Origin: a virus
Taxonomy: Duplodnaviria > Caudoviricetes
Reading direction: 5' to 3' (one strand)
Length of the DNA: 57,741 nt
IMG/VR virus record: IMGVR_UViG_3300042983_000003
Span: 1-57,741 of that record
In this document: positions 24,520 to 36,100 of the stretch, piece by piece
Layout: each line of letters begins with the position of its first letter
Numbering within the stretch: position 1 is the first letter of the stretch
Notes under the pieces: model-generated
The model's database searches: none
Seen by the model: only the letters and a program-made list of their open reading frames with translations
Told to the model about the DNA's origin: nothing
Position numbers and translations under genes: made by a program

Positions 24520-26115
24520 CTAGGGCTCGATGCCGATGATCGCGCCCACCCCGAGGGTTGTCAGCGCGAACGCGACGGTGATGTCCCCGGTGGGTCCGCC
24601 CTCGGCGAGCGAGGCGTTCCAGGCAGCGTTCGTGACAAAATCGACGACCACGCCTCGATTTCCGCCAAACGCCCGCGCGAGACCAGCGACGTTGCCGCCG
24701 GACATCGTTACCGGGTTGCTGTTGACGTTGGTGCGGTACCCGCCCGCAAATGCCACGATCCCCTCGTTCGAAAATCCAGTCGTTCCACCGGTGAGTGTCA
24801 GCCCAGTCTGGAACGCGTTGTTCACGCTCAGCTTCACGAGGTCGATGTTCGCCACAGCGAGCGCGTTCGGCCCACGTACCGTGATAATACGCCCGCCATT
24901 GATCACGAGACCATTGCTCGGTACGGTAGTTAGCGGCGTCGATATCGTGGCGCGGTTAGCGGTGACCGCGCGCGCCCAGATTCCCAGACGCGACGTCGTG
25001 GTTTGGCTCGACTGGATCTGATTCTGCGGACTACTGAGGCTTGGGTCGTTCACCGCGGTCCACGCGGTGCCGCCACCGGCCACGGTCGGGGCGGTGATCT
25101 GCGTGCTAGACCCGCCCGCGGATTGCGTGATGGCGAACAGGATCTCGAGGTCGCCGATGATCCCACAGCTTGATGGTATCGGACTATATGCCCCAGTACT
25201 CATGTACTGGGGACCCCATCCGACGATCTGCGGCGCGGGCGACGGGCGTGGGCGGATGCCGCCGAGCGCGTCGAACAGCGCCCAGAATAGTCGACTGCCC
25301 ACGATGACCGAACTGTCGCCGTCATAATGCAGGTGATCGCTGTGACCCTTGGTGTCAGCTGTGGGGACCAATACCACGTTGCCTGAGAACGCCGCAGCCA
25401 CATTGTCCTGTGCCGTCTGGATCGTCGAGAGAAACGGCACCGTGCTTGCGATGGATTGAAAGTCCGGGTTGCGGACTATGGCTATCTTGATCCCGGACCC
25501 CTTTTTCGCAATCCAAGCGTTCACGATCTCGGTCAGCTTCGCTGCGCACCCTGCCGCCTCGCCCGAGTTGAACCCGTCATTCCCGCCGAGAAACGTGATG
25601 GCTCCACGGGTTTCCGCAGGGAAAGCAGCCTCGGCCGCGTCGTGCCACGCCATCGCCTGCGTCCAGAGGTTAGAGCCGGCGGTCGGAAACGTGCTTGTGG
25701 GCGTGAACTGCAACGCCTTGATCCCGCTGACCGCCAACTCCGCGAGCTTCCAGCTCACTCCGGCGCGCGCTGCCTCTTGCGCGAAGAACGTCCGCCAGCC
25801 ACCTCCCGCCATGCCCGGTGGGTTGTACGGCCGAACGCCACCCGTCGTGATATCCGTCTCGTAGGGGGGATTGACCCCGCCGGGTCCTGTCGATTGGCTG
25901 AACCTAAACCGCCACGGCATCGTGGTTATCTCGGTGGACGGATCGAACGTCTCATCGTATTCGTCGGGGATGACGGTCTCGCCGACTCCATTGGAATCAC
26001 CCATCTGAAAGATCTGCGTCGCCGCCCCGGAACCCGACTGAAGTTCGTTGGCGTCGACGCCGACGGCGACGCCAACACGGATACCGACCGATACGCCGAC
26101 CCGGATGCCGATCAT
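24520..26115 (-). CDS. Tail spike / receptor-binding protein with SGNH esterase domain
   Basis: GDSNG, GGND, DHLH; beta-rich C-terminal domain. Confidence 0.75.
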   Translation of the reverse strand: MIGIRVGVSVGIRVGVAVGVDANELQSGSGAATQIFQMGDSNGVGETVIPDEYDETFDPSTEITTMPWRFRFSQSTGPGGVNPPYETDITTGGVRPYNPPGMAGGGWRTFFAQEAARAGVSWKLAELAVSGIKALQFTPTSTFPTAGSNLWTQAMAWHDAAEAAFPAETRGAITFLGGNDGFNSGEAAGCAAKLTEIVNAWIAKKGSGIKIAIVRNPDFQSIASTVPFLSTIQTAQDNVAAAFSGNVVLVPTADTKGHSDHLHYDGDSSVIVGSRLFWALFDALGGIRPRPSPAPQIVGWGPQYMSTGAYSPIPSSCGIIGDLEILFAITQSAGGSSTQITAPTVAGGGTAWTAVNDPSLSSPQNQIQSSQTTTSRLGIWARAVTANRATISTPLTTVPSNGLVINGGRIITVRGPNALAVANIDLVKLSVNNAFQTGLTLTGGTTGFSNEGIVAFAGGYRTNVNSNPVTMSGGNVAGLARAFGGNRGVVVDFVTNAAWNASLAEGGPTGDITVAFALTTLGVGAIIGIEP

Positions 26116-26522
26116 CAGTCCTTGCCGTTCCAGCTGTACCCGAACAGTCCTTGCGTCGTGATCACGACGATCGCCTTGAGGTGCCTCTGTCCGAAGTTAC
26201 CGACATCGATGTTACAACCGCCCGCGATGGCTCCAGGGATCGTCATGGTCAGGTTATTTTCAGTGCATGCACCAGCCGGGGAGATCGCTACATATCGCTG
26301 TGTCGGCTGTTGTTGGATCCAGTGACCCGCCACCACGTCGACCAGCGTGACCCGGATAGATGGATAATCAGACGTCCAGATCGTGATGTTACCGATCGTT
26401 GCTGCGTCCCAGAAGAACGATGCACTTTGAACGATGCTCGCTTCCCCGCCGAGCCCGAAGTGATAGGTACCCACGACGAGCGGAGATGAGACGATCCAGT
26501 CGGTGTTTTGCAATGCCGGCAT
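26115..26522 (-). CDS. Beta-rich virion accessory protein
   Basis: Position in tail module; lower GC. Confidence 0.7.
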   Translation of the reverse strand: MPALQNTDWIVSSPLVVGTYHFGLGGEASIVQSASFFWDAATIGNITIWTSDYPSIRVTLVDVVAGHWIQQQPTQRYVAISPAGACTENNLTMTIPGAIAGGCNIDVGNFGQRHLKAIVVITTQGLFGYSWNGKD

Positions 26523-26523
26523 G

Positions 26524-29500
26524 TCAAGCTCCTGCTCGTCGGTCGAGCACTGTCATCGTGCGTTGTCCAAGGGTGATCGGTCCGGTGAGTGCTGGGCCGC
26601 CCGGCGCTGGCATCGGCTGGCCCGGTGCCGGACCAGCAGCGCTCGCGTTCTGGCTGAGAAACTGGACGTGCGCCGGGGTCATCGTGCTGTCGAGTGGGAT
26701 CTGGTACATGATCTGGATCGCAACACGTGTGGGGTACGGCAACGTCTTCTGCATCTTCGGAGCGGCGTCGAGGAGTCGCTTCTGGGCCTCGGCGAACAAG
26801 AGCGGGTAGACGACCCGGAGCGTCTCGGCGCCCTCCATTGTGATGCGGCCCTTCGACAGGTCCTCGAGCACGCTCGCAGGATCGTTGACGGCGCGCACGT
26901 ACTTCGCCCACTCGTCGAGCGCCGCCTTCGATGGGTGCCAGATCCCATCGCCGGGCACCATGCCGGGGAGCATGGTCTGCTTGGGGGCCTTGCTGTCGAG
27001 GAACGCGATCCCGCGCTGCGCCTGCGCCGTGACGGCATCGAGGAGCGCGGGGTCCGAGGTCTGCACGCGGTCGCCGATCTCGCGTTGCAGGGCACCCGGC
27101 GCGAGGGCGTGCGCGATCTCGTCCATGCGCGCGTGGTAGAGCGCCTGCGGATCACTGCTCGTCTCTTTCTTGCCGCCCGGGAACAACGAGACGGCGAGGA
27201 TCGAGGCGGTCGCCGGCCCCGCGACCTTGCCGACCTTGATCCCGTTCGTGACGATCGATTGGGTCGCCGCAACGATGCGGTCGCGCGTCTGCGCCGCCTT
27301 GGCTGCGATCAGGCTCTCGGTCGAGCCCGGGATCGAGCCGCCCTTGCGCCCCAGGATCGACAGCACCGCCTTGGCCTTGAAGTAGGCACCGAGCACCGGG
27401 CCGATCACCGGGATCGCCGAGAGCGCGGGCACGTGCACCCCCATCGCCTTGAGCACCTCGAGCGCGGTCGCGGCGGTTCCCATCTTGCTCGCGAGCTCGC
27501 TGCCCTTCGTGGGCGCGCCGACCGGCGGACCGGTGCCCGCCGCCGCCGACTCCTTCGCCGCCGCCTTGCTCTCAGCGCGCTGCATGGAAACGAGCGCGCG
27601 ATCCTTGGCGCCCTCGGTGGCCGACTCGTGCCGTTGGAGCGCGCGATCAACGTCCGAGGTCACCGCTGTTTTGTCGGGTGCGGAATCGTGGGCCGCGCGC
27701 GCACGGGCGGCGCCGCCCGGCTCGACCTGGGTCTTGGCCGCACCGCTTCCGATCCCATGCTCCTCGAGCACACCCTTCGTGCCGGCGGCGGTCGCGGCGC
27801 CCGGTTCCGCAGCGCCCTCGAGCCCGAACAGCTTCATGAGGGCGGACCCCGACGTCGGCAGCTTGCTCGAGGCATCCCCGGCCGCCCGCGCTGCGCTGGA
27901 GCTGCTCGCCTCGGCCTGCGCACGGACCGCGGTCCGGTAGTCGGCGGCCCGCTTCACCGCCCCCGCAGGCGCATCGGCGCCGAGCGCGTCGGCGAGGTCG
28001 GCGCTCGCCGATTCGACCCCGCCGATGACTTCGGCGGCCCGGCCGAACTGCGCCGACATGTCGACGTTCTTGCCAACGCGCGCGGTCGGGTTCCGCTTGA
28101 CGGCGCCCTCGTTGATGCGCTCCCATGCCTTCGCGGGGGTCATGTTCGCGATCTCGTCGGCTGATAGCCCGAGGTCGCGCAGTTGCGCGCGCATCTTGGA
28201 CGTCATCATGACAGGGACCGATGCGCCCTGCGCCGCCCGCTCACCCGCCGCCATCTCCGATCCGGCGTAGTTCCTGGCCATCGCCTGAGCCCGGAAGTGC
28301 TCGGCGGCATCGGAGGCGCGCGCAGCCTTCCCGGCCGCGTACTCCGCACGCGCTGGGGCGCCCATCTCGGAGAGCCCGCTGCCCGCCGCGAGCTTGTCCT
28401 GCGTGCCGCGGAGCAGGCCGGTCAACGAGTCGCCCTTCGTGGCAGCGGATATCGCGCCGCCGGCAAGAGCGTGCTCTCCAATAACCACCGCGTCGGGTAC
28501 CCGACCACCTCCTTCGCGGAAGCGATCCTGCTCAGCACGAAACTCTGCCTCACTATCGAATGCGCGGGCGCCTGCCGTGCCATCGGTCGCAACCCCCTGT
28601 TCGCCGCGCTGCACGATCTCTTTGGCCGGGACCGTGGCTGCCTCCGCAGGCGTCCCTGTAGCTGCTGCCCGCCGCCCCACCTTTGTTGCCGGATATTCGA
28701 GGAGCGGAGCTGCCCTCGTCCCGTCGGTGCCGGCCGCGACCACGGCATGCGCAAGCTCGTCCGGCGTCTTGACGCCACGAGAGCCCGTCGCACCGAACTC
28801 GCCCACAGGGACCCCGCTCGGGGGAGGGATGGTCGGCAGTTCCTGGGATCCAGGAGCCCTCAAGCCTCGTAGAGCATCCTCGATTTCAACATCCGCCTCG
28901 TACTGCGCCCAGTCGGTGAACTTTGCCATGCTCGCGTGGAACTTCTGGAGCGCGTCGGCGATCTGCTGACTCTCCGCGCTGTGCGCGGCCTGATCGACGA
29001 TCGCCTGTGGATCCGCGCCGCCGAACGCGCGCCGCGTCACCTGCTCGCCGGCCTCGGCCATGCCCTGCTTGGCATCAGCGAGCCCGATCCGCTGCCTCGC
29101 GGTCTGCGCCATCGCCTCGCCGTCGCTCAAGGTCTGGCCGAGCTGGGATGTCGCCTCGTGCTGCGCCTCGCGCCCCGCCGCCGCGGTCATCTCGGAGCGC
29201 GGGAACAGGCTGCGCGCGCGCACCAGCGCGCTCTCGGCGAGGGTGAACGCGCCGCCAACCGGCGCCGCGAACAAGGCGCCGTTGCCCATCGCGCCCACGA
29301 AGCCCTCCGCCGACAGCGGCTTGTCCTCGAGGGCGGTCTGCGAGAGGTACTGGCCGCCGCCGTAGAGCGCGCCCTCGGCCGCTGCACCGGCGGATGCCGC
29401 CGCCGTGCGACCGAGCAGTCCGGCGCCCTCGCCGGCGATCCCGCTGACCGCCGCGCCGATCCTCGAGACCCCGGCGGCGGGCGCGCGGGACAGGATGCGC

Positions 29501-29868
29501 GCCCCCAGTCCCTCCACGCCGGCCGCCGCGCCGCCGGTCGCGAGCGCAGGTAGGAGCATGCCGCCCAGCTCGCCGGCGCCCGTGGCATACGGATGCTGCG
29601 CGCGCGATGCCGCGACATGCTCGAAGTCGCCGCGATCGAGCAAGCCCTTGAATGCGTAGTCGCTGGCACCGAGCGTGAGCCCCGAGAGCGCGCCGGTCGC
29701 GCCCGCGGTGACCGCACCCGCGGCGCCGGTCTCCTCCGGGGTGAGCGCTCCGGTGGTAGCCCCGGCCTCACCGATGGACACCGGCGTGTAGCCGCCCGCG
29801 CGCGCAGATCCCTCCTGCTCGTCAGGGACGTTGACGATCGTGCCGTCTGGTGAGCGGAGAAGCCCCAT
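26524..29868 (-). CDS. Large internal virion/ejection protein
   Basis: Ala/Gly-rich, about 1114 aa, last of three after nozzle. Confidence 0.7.
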   Translation of the reverse strand: MGLLRSPDGTIVNVPDEQEGSARAGGYTPVSIGEAGATTGALTPEETGAAGAVTAGATGALSGLTLGASDYAFKGLLDRGDFEHVAASRAQHPYATGAGELGGMLLPALATGGAAAGVEGLGARILSRAPAAGVSRIGAAVSGIAGEGAGLLGRTAAASAGAAAEGALYGGGQYLSQTALEDKPLSAEGFVGAMGNGALFAAPVGGAFTLAESALVRARSLFPRSEMTAAAGREAQHEATSQLGQTLSDGEAMAQTARQRIGLADAKQGMAEAGEQVTRRAFGGADPQAIVDQAAHSAESQQIADALQKFHASMAKFTDWAQYEADVEIEDALRGLRAPGSQELPTIPPPSGVPVGEFGATGSRGVKTPDELAHAVVAAGTDGTRAAPLLEYPATKVGRRAAATGTPAEAATVPAKEIVQRGEQGVATDGTAGARAFDSEAEFRAEQDRFREGGGRVPDAVVIGEHALAGGAISAATKGDSLTGLLRGTQDKLAAGSGLSEMGAPARAEYAAGKAARASDAAEHFRAQAMARNYAGSEMAAGERAAQGASVPVMMTSKMRAQLRDLGLSADEIANMTPAKAWERINEGAVKRNPTARVGKNVDMSAQFGRAAEVIGGVESASADLADALGADAPAGAVKRAADYRTAVRAQAEASSSSAARAAGDASSKLPTSGSALMKLFGLEGAAEPGAATAAGTKGVLEEHGIGSGAAKTQVEPGGAARARAAHDSAPDKTAVTSDVDRALQRHESATEGAKDRALVSMQRAESKAAAKESAAAGTGPPVGAPTKGSELASKMGTAATALEVLKAMGVHVPALSAIPVIGPVLGAYFKAKAVLSILGRKGGSIPGSTESLIAAKAAQTRDRIVAATQSIVTNGIKVGKVAGPATASILAVSLFPGGKKETSSDPQALYHARMDEIAHALAPGALQREIGDRVQTSDPALLDAVTAQAQRGIAFLDSKAPKQTMLPGMVPGDGIWHPSKAALDEWAKYVRAVNDPASVLEDLSKGRITMEGAETLRVVYPLLFAEAQKRLLDAAPKMQKTLPYPTRVAIQIMYQIPLDSTMTPAHVQFLSQNASAAGPAPGQPMPAPGGPALTGPITLGQRTMTVLDRRAGA

Positions 29869-32306
29869 TACTCCCCTGAGACCTGCCGTTGCCATGCCGC
29901 CGCAGCCTCGGGCGACTGCTTCGACGGTGTGAGGCCACCCGCGGGCACCGGGATCGCGGTCGCCGGCACGAAGGCCCGGATGTCCTTCGCGCGCTCGGGA
30001 CCCACCTCCTTGAGGATGTCCTCGAACATCGCGGGGTCCTGGTCGTGCACCAACCGCAAGAGCCCCCAGGATAGCGAAGGTCGATCATTGGCGACGATGG
30101 GTGCGGCGAGCGAGGCGACGATCTGTTTCCGCTTCGCGTTGCTCGCGGATCCTGCCTCGGTGATAAGCGCGTTCGTTTGCGCTTCGATCTTCGGGCTCAG
30201 GCCGTAGTTCGTCCCTGTCGCTGCGATGCTCGACGACGCATCTGCATCCTCGTTCATCTTCTGCTCGCGATACCCGAGTCCAGGGATGTTCACGTTCGGG
30301 CGACGCGCATCGCCGAACTCCACAGCCGTCTTGTCGTCGAAAGTTGCGGCCGGCTGGTCGCTCGGCGACGATGGAACCCATCCGTCCTTGATGCGGTGGC
30401 TCTTGAGCAAGGAGTCGACGCCGCCTTTCACGGCATCCTGCAGACCGTCCAGTGCCGCAATTCCGGGTGCCTTGCGGAAGGCGCGGTCAATTAACGAGCT
30501 CGGATCGTAGGTCATGATGTGCTTGCTGATTGCGTCCAGCTCTCTGCTGGACGCGCGCGCTCCGATCGCTCGCGCGTACTCGACCATCGCGGTTCCGTAC
30601 TCCGATTGAAGGCGCCCCCATCCTTCCCGGTCCTTGATGTCGGGATCCTTGGTCAGGAAGCTCTTGATCTTGGCGGTCGTGTTGATGAGATCTTGCCCCC
30701 ACTTGATACCGTCCTGCACCTCGCGGCGCGCGACCGGATCGGGAATCGTGGCGACCTCCGTTGTGTTCGCCTCGCTCCGCAGCTGGGCCGCGTAGCCCGC
30801 GGCAACATCCTGCGCGACAGTCGGGTCCGTCTTGATCCGTTGCTCGATCTGATCGACCTGAGCTTTTGCTTGCGGGGTCGCGGCCTGGCCGCGAAGCTTC
30901 TGAACGTACGCGCTCGCAGCCTGCGCCGGGTCCTTGCGCGCGACCGCCTCGAGCTGATCGGCCTGCGTCATGAGTCCGCGCCCCCGCTCGGTCAGCAGCG
31001 GATCGCCAGTGATGGGGTTGCCGATACCCTCCTCCTTGACCTTCTGCTGCTGATCCTTCATCGCCTTGCGTTGCTCCTCGGCCGCCTTGATGCCGAGTTC
31101 CTGCTCCTTGATGCCGCCGGGCCCCCACTCCAGATCCTGAAGCTTCTGTGCGCGCGCCTCTGCGGCCTTCGCGACAGCAAGATGACCACCGGCAATCGCG
31201 TTGGCGGATTGCGCGATCGCTACTTGCTTGTACTGGACATCATGCGAGACCGCTGTATCCGCAGACTTCTGCGCCTTATCAGCCGAGGATTCCATGAGCG
31301 TGGCGTATTGTTGCTGCGCCGTTGCCCGTGCCTGTGGGTCGCCCATCTTCGCGCCGGTCAGAGCGATCTGCTGTGCGAGCCATCGATCGTTGCGCGCGTC
31401 GAGCAAGTCCATCTGCGCCTGTCGGTTGGTCGAATAGGCGTTGTACCGGTCGAGCGAGTGTTCGGCCCGCGCGCCCTTCTCCTTCAGTTGTTCGCGCTGG
31501 TCCATCTGCGCAACGACAGCTTGGTGCATGCGGTCCTGGAGCTGCTGCACGATGGGATTGGGGCCGGACTGGCGCTGCAGTGCCTGCCCGACGGCCCCGA
31601 GCGCGGTCGCGATCCCCCAGCCGATGTGGTCACCGAGTCCCATGTCGTGCACGAACTTGTCCTGATCGATCCTGAAATTGTCGACCTCCTTCATCGTGTC
31701 ATCGACATAGGCCATCTTCTGCAGCCTCGTCTTGTCGATCTCGTCGTTGAGCGCCTTGCGCTGGTCCTCGATCTGCTTGGCCGCGTCGGCATGCTGCTGG
31801 AACGCGGCGAGGTTCTGCTGTGACTGGTCGATCGAGACCTGCTCTTGCGCCTGGATTCCCTTGGTCGCCGCCTGTTCCGCGGTCGCCTGGCGCGCGCGCG
31901 CGTCGGCCTCGAGTTGCGCCGGCGTGGGCGGTTTGCCGGTCGGCGCCGGGCCCGCAGGCGCCGCAGCGCCGCCCGGGTGGCCGAACTGCGTCATCGGGAT
32001 GTGGATGTCCGTGCTCGCCGCCGCCGGCGCGGCGCCCGCGGTTGCCGCCGAAGGAAGTGCGAGCGGGATCTGCGGCGGTAATGGGGCGGCGGCGGGTGTG
32101 CCGTCCGGACCGATGACGTCCCCGGGTGGCCCGATCACCGCCGGTGGCGGCGGCGCGAGCCCGAACGCCTGCGCGACGACCGGGTGGACGTCGCCGTACC
32201 CGCCGGTGTCGGCCTGCAGCCCGGCGAGATCGGCATCGATCGGCGGTGGCGCGCCGGGAGGCTGCATGCCGTACGACTGCCAGATGCTGTCGGGGAGGTC
32301 GCCCAC
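29868..32306 (-). CDS. Internal virion/ejection protein
   Basis: Gln/Ala coiled coil, 812 aa. Confidence 0.7.
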   Translation of the reverse strand: MGDLPDSIWQSYGMQPPGAPPPIDADLAGLQADTGGYGDVHPVVAQAFGLAPPPPAVIGPPGDVIGPDGTPAAAPLPPQIPLALPSAATAGAAPAAASTDIHIPMTQFGHPGGAAAPAGPAPTGKPPTPAQLEADARARQATAEQAATKGIQAQEQVSIDQSQQNLAAFQQHADAAKQIEDQRKALNDEIDKTRLQKMAYVDDTMKEVDNFRIDQDKFVHDMGLGDHIGWGIATALGAVGQALQRQSGPNPIVQQLQDRMHQAVVAQMDQREQLKEKGARAEHSLDRYNAYSTNRQAQMDLLDARNDRWLAQQIALTGAKMGDPQARATAQQQYATLMESSADKAQKSADTAVSHDVQYKQVAIAQSANAIAGGHLAVAKAAEARAQKLQDLEWGPGGIKEQELGIKAAEEQRKAMKDQQQKVKEEGIGNPITGDPLLTERGRGLMTQADQLEAVARKDPAQAASAYVQKLRGQAATPQAKAQVDQIEQRIKTDPTVAQDVAAGYAAQLRSEANTTEVATIPDPVARREVQDGIKWGQDLINTTAKIKSFLTKDPDIKDREGWGRLQSEYGTAMVEYARAIGARASSRELDAISKHIMTYDPSSLIDRAFRKAPGIAALDGLQDAVKGGVDSLLKSHRIKDGWVPSSPSDQPAATFDDKTAVEFGDARRPNVNIPGLGYREQKMNEDADASSSIAATGTNYGLSPKIEAQTNALITEAGSASNAKRKQIVASLAAPIVANDRPSLSWGLLRLVHDQDPAMFEDILKEVGPERAKDIRAFVPATAIPVPAGGLTPSKQSPEAAAAWQRQVSGE

Positions 32307-33140
32307 CTATACCCCCAGCACCGAGGTGCCGCGGTATCCAGAGTCCGCGACCGAGGCCGGTGCCGCGCTCTGGCGCTGGTTCGCCATCTGCTGCGCCAGG
32401 ATCTGTCCGCCGGCGCTGATGCCGGCGCCCAGGAGCGCATCGTTGCGCTGCTGGCTCGCCGCGGCCTGTGCGGCCTGTGCGCCGATCTGCCCGCCGCTCA
32501 TGCCGCTGAGCGAGTTCAGGAGCCCCATGTAGTTCTGACTGTTCAGCGCCTGGGCGTTGGCCTGGTAGCCTGCGTTCGCGTTGGCCACGCCGAAGTCACC
32601 CTGTCGGCCAGCTGCGCCGACCTGGCCGAGCATGCCCTGGGCGTTCATCTGATCCTGGAGCGCGGCCTGTTGTCCCATGCCCGCCGCGCTGGAGCCGAGC
32701 GCCGCGCTCTGGTTCGCGGCGTTGCGATACGCGAGCGCCGCGTTGCCCCCGCGCGCCATGCGGGCAATCCCCTGCTGTGCCGCGATCGCGTTCTGGTACT
32801 GGCGCTGCGCGGCGAGCTCGCCGGCGCCCTGCTGTTGGCCGCTCGCGATGCCCTGGAGCTGGCCCATCTGCTGGAGCTGGGCCGCGCGGAACGGGTCGTT
32901 GCCCATCTGCAACTGGGGCGCCTGTTGCGAGGTGAGCCCGCCCGGCCCGTACCCCTGGCTGATGAGCTTGAGGATTTGGTCCCGGTCCTGGTACTGGGGC
33001 GGAGGGTCGTCGGGGGTAGAAAAATAGCCCAATAGCCCGCCGCCGACACCACCGATGGCGGCGCCCCAAGGACCGAATGCCGCGCCAGCTGCCGCGCCAG
33101 TTGCCGCGCCCGAGAGGGCGCCCGATGTCCTGGATGGCAT
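32307..33140 (-). CDS. Small ejection/pilot protein
   Basis: N-terminal glycine zipper GAATGAAAGAAFGPWGAAIGG; Q/N-rich. Confidence 0.75.
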   Translation of the reverse strand: MPSRTSGALSGAATGAAAGAAFGPWGAAIGGVGGGLLGYFSTPDDPPPQYQDRDQILKLISQGYGPGGLTSQQAPQLQMGNDPFRAAQLQQMGQLQGIASGQQQGAGELAAQRQYQNAIAAQQGIARMARGGNAALAYRNAANQSAALGSSAAGMGQQAALQDQMNAQGMLGQVGAAGRQGDFGVANANAGYQANAQALNSQNYMGLLNSLSGMSGGQIGAQAAQAAASQQRNDALLGAGISAGGQILAQQMANQRQSAAPASVADSGYRGTSVLGV

Positions 33141-33151
33141 GATGTGCTCCT

Positions 33152-36100
33152 TCAGGCGCTGCGCGCCGCTCCGATTTTGTTGACGGGACCCAACACGCCG
33201 CCAACGAGCAGCAGCTCCGACAGCTCGAAGCTCGCGCCCGGCGTGATGCCGGTAGAGACCGCCGTAGCGAACTGCGCCAGCGCCGTGGACAGGTTGGCCG
33301 CGAGCCCGGCAGCGACGCCTGGACCCTTGCCGACGAACAGCGCGGCGAGCCGGAAGTTGTCGTTGCCCGGTACCCAGTCGCCTGTGCCTACGGTGAAGTG
33401 TGAGGCGCTTGGCGCGGCGCTGCCATCGATCGATGACGACTGGACCGAGAGCACCTCGGCCGTCCCGAACAGTTCGCGCACGCCCAACTGGGAAATATCG
33501 GTAAGGCCAGAGCGATCGATTACGGCAAGCCCGACCTGCCATGCTCCGACCATGTACGCAGACGGGCCGGCGATCGCGGTGCCGAACGTCGATCCGGGGC
33601 CGAGACCGAAGGTCATCGACGTGCCATCGGTGCCACTGATCGACCAACCGTTACCGAACGCCGCGCTGGCATTGCCGCACACCTGACCGAATGCGGTTGG
33701 CAGGGCGATCCACTTGATGACCCACGCGACGACCAGCTCGTCGGCGAGCCCCACGCTGAACAACGCACCGCCATCCCACTTGCCGGTCTGCGAGACCGCG
33801 CAGCCAACAGCGCGATCGCCGCCACCACGCGGCCCCGGGTCGCCGTACACAAGCCCAGCGCCAGACGCGGCGAGGGTCACACCACCGAGCACCGGGGCCA
33901 GACCGCCGTTGATCTCGTCACACAGCCACCCGTGCGTGAAGGTTGCGCCCTTGATCGCTGTGATGGCGTCGTTGTAGCCGCCGGTCAGTCGATCCTCGAG
34001 CCGGAACGAGATCGCCTGCGACCTCTTGTTGATGTGAATGTGGCGCTGGTACCGCGTCCCGGCACCACCAGCACCACCGTACGCTCCCGCGCCGTACGCT
34101 CCCGCGCCGTACGGCGATGGGCTCCAGTTGCCGTTCACGTCGTTGAGAATCTCAGGGCTGTAGCTCTCGTCATAGTCGAGTCGGTACCTCACCACGAGCG
34201 TGTGATCCGAGATGAACCGACCCAGGAAGTAGGCGTAGAGGATGCGCTGCCAGCTCTGCAGATATTGAGCGAAGTGAATCCATGCGGTCTCGATGACCAT
34301 CGTGATAGTCGAGTTGTCATCGAGATAGAGCTTGGGGGTCTCGACGAATACCCGACCGTCGGTACGGAGGTAGTAGTACAGCCCGTCCAATACGATCGCG
34401 TCGAGCCCCTCGTGATTAGTGAACGTCGACCACGAGTCGCGGTTGTAGTCCCACACCGGCGACCGTCCGCTATCGGTGAGGTAGACGATGCGCTGTGCAC
34501 TGGGAATCAGCGTGGCGTGCGTGATCTTCTGGAAATCGAACTTCTGGACGTCATTGCCGATGTTCACGATCTTCCGGTCGCGCGTGAGCATCATGATGCC
34601 CTTCGCGCTCTGGAACGTGAGCCCCACCGGGGTCTGACCGATCGACGTCGCGGTGATGCACCCGACGTCGGTACTCACAAGCTCGATCGCGGTGAAGGCG
34701 TTCGCCTCGGGGTTCGCGTTCGGATCCGCGAGCGGGCCAGGCCCGGCGAACACGTAGACTGCGGTCGTCGAGAATGGCACCACGGTGTCGTCCATGACGC
34801 CGATCGCCGTGACGGGCCCGCCGAACGGGTCCTTGCGCAGCGAGAGATCGATGGGCGCTTCGATCGCGGTGTCGTCGGCGATCTGCTGCGTGTAGCGAAT
34901 GAGATGCGGGTCGGTGGTGTCGGTGTAGAACAGCCGGCTCTTGCCCACAGCGACGATCCCGCCATGCCAGGGCGCCGGGGAGTTCGGCAGGATCCCGCCG
35001 TTCGTGTAGAGCTCCTCGCGCGCCTTGAGCGCGATGTCGTCGAGGTTGTCCGTGAAGCTCACGGTGTCTACGGTCGGATCGTTGAGGACGTACCGGTTGT
35101 CGCCCGCGACCACCGTGACGTCGTTGCTCGTGACCCGGAAGAGGGGCAACGTCGAGTCGGTGCCGGTCGCGCCCGCCGGGGAGCGCGCCACGCAGATCCG
35201 CACGTTGGCGAACCGCGTGAGCCGGCACGCCGGGATCGCCATCGTGAACTTCTTCGGGCCGCCCGCCATCGTGACGAGCATCTTGACGCTCGGCGGGCCG
35301 CGGTGGAGCTCGCCCTGGGCGTCGACGGCCTCGTACCACCACGCATAGAGGTACGCGCCGTTCGCGATCGCGCCGGCCGCCCCGATCGCGATCGCCGTGG
35401 TCATGTCGACCGGCGCTCCGGCAGCGTCGAACCCGAAGTCTGGCGCGCAGTGAAAGTCGGCCTCGTGCCAGGCATCGCCGTCGTAGTGCATCGGCATCGA
35501 CGAGGACAGGTAGAGCCCACGCCCGAGCTGCACGCTCTGATATGCAGGCAGGAAGTCCACGGTTGCGAGCTTCAAGCCTTGCTCGCTGAACTGATCCCCA
35601 TTCTGCGACGACAACTGGATGCGGTAAGGCACGCACACCGCGTGCTGGCGCGAGTACACGTCGGTCTCGGCGAGGTCGACGGGCATGGCGTTCGGCAGGT
35701 GCGTCGTCCACGCCCGCGTTCCGGCGCCTGTGTTCCGCATGAGCGCGCCCGACGCCTCGCCGGGCATCAGGCGCGACACGATGACGGCGTTCGGCGCCGC
35801 GATCCCGCTTGCCCCGCTCAGGCGCAGCGCGGCGACGTAGGGGAAGAACCGCGCGGTGTGCGCGATCATCACGTAGACGTCGCCATCGAACGTCACGCCA
35901 TCGAGCGCCGCGCCGTCATGCCACGCGCGAGACGCGAGCCCGTGTCCGAGGAGCCGGGTTTGCGCGCCGAGCGCGCCGGTCACGCCATCGATAGAGCCGC
36001 TGTCGATCGCGCAGAGGTCCGAGCGCGCGGCCGATGATTCCGCCGCCCAGAACAGGTTATTGCCGAATCCTCCGCTCGGGGCCCCGCCGCCCCATGCGGA

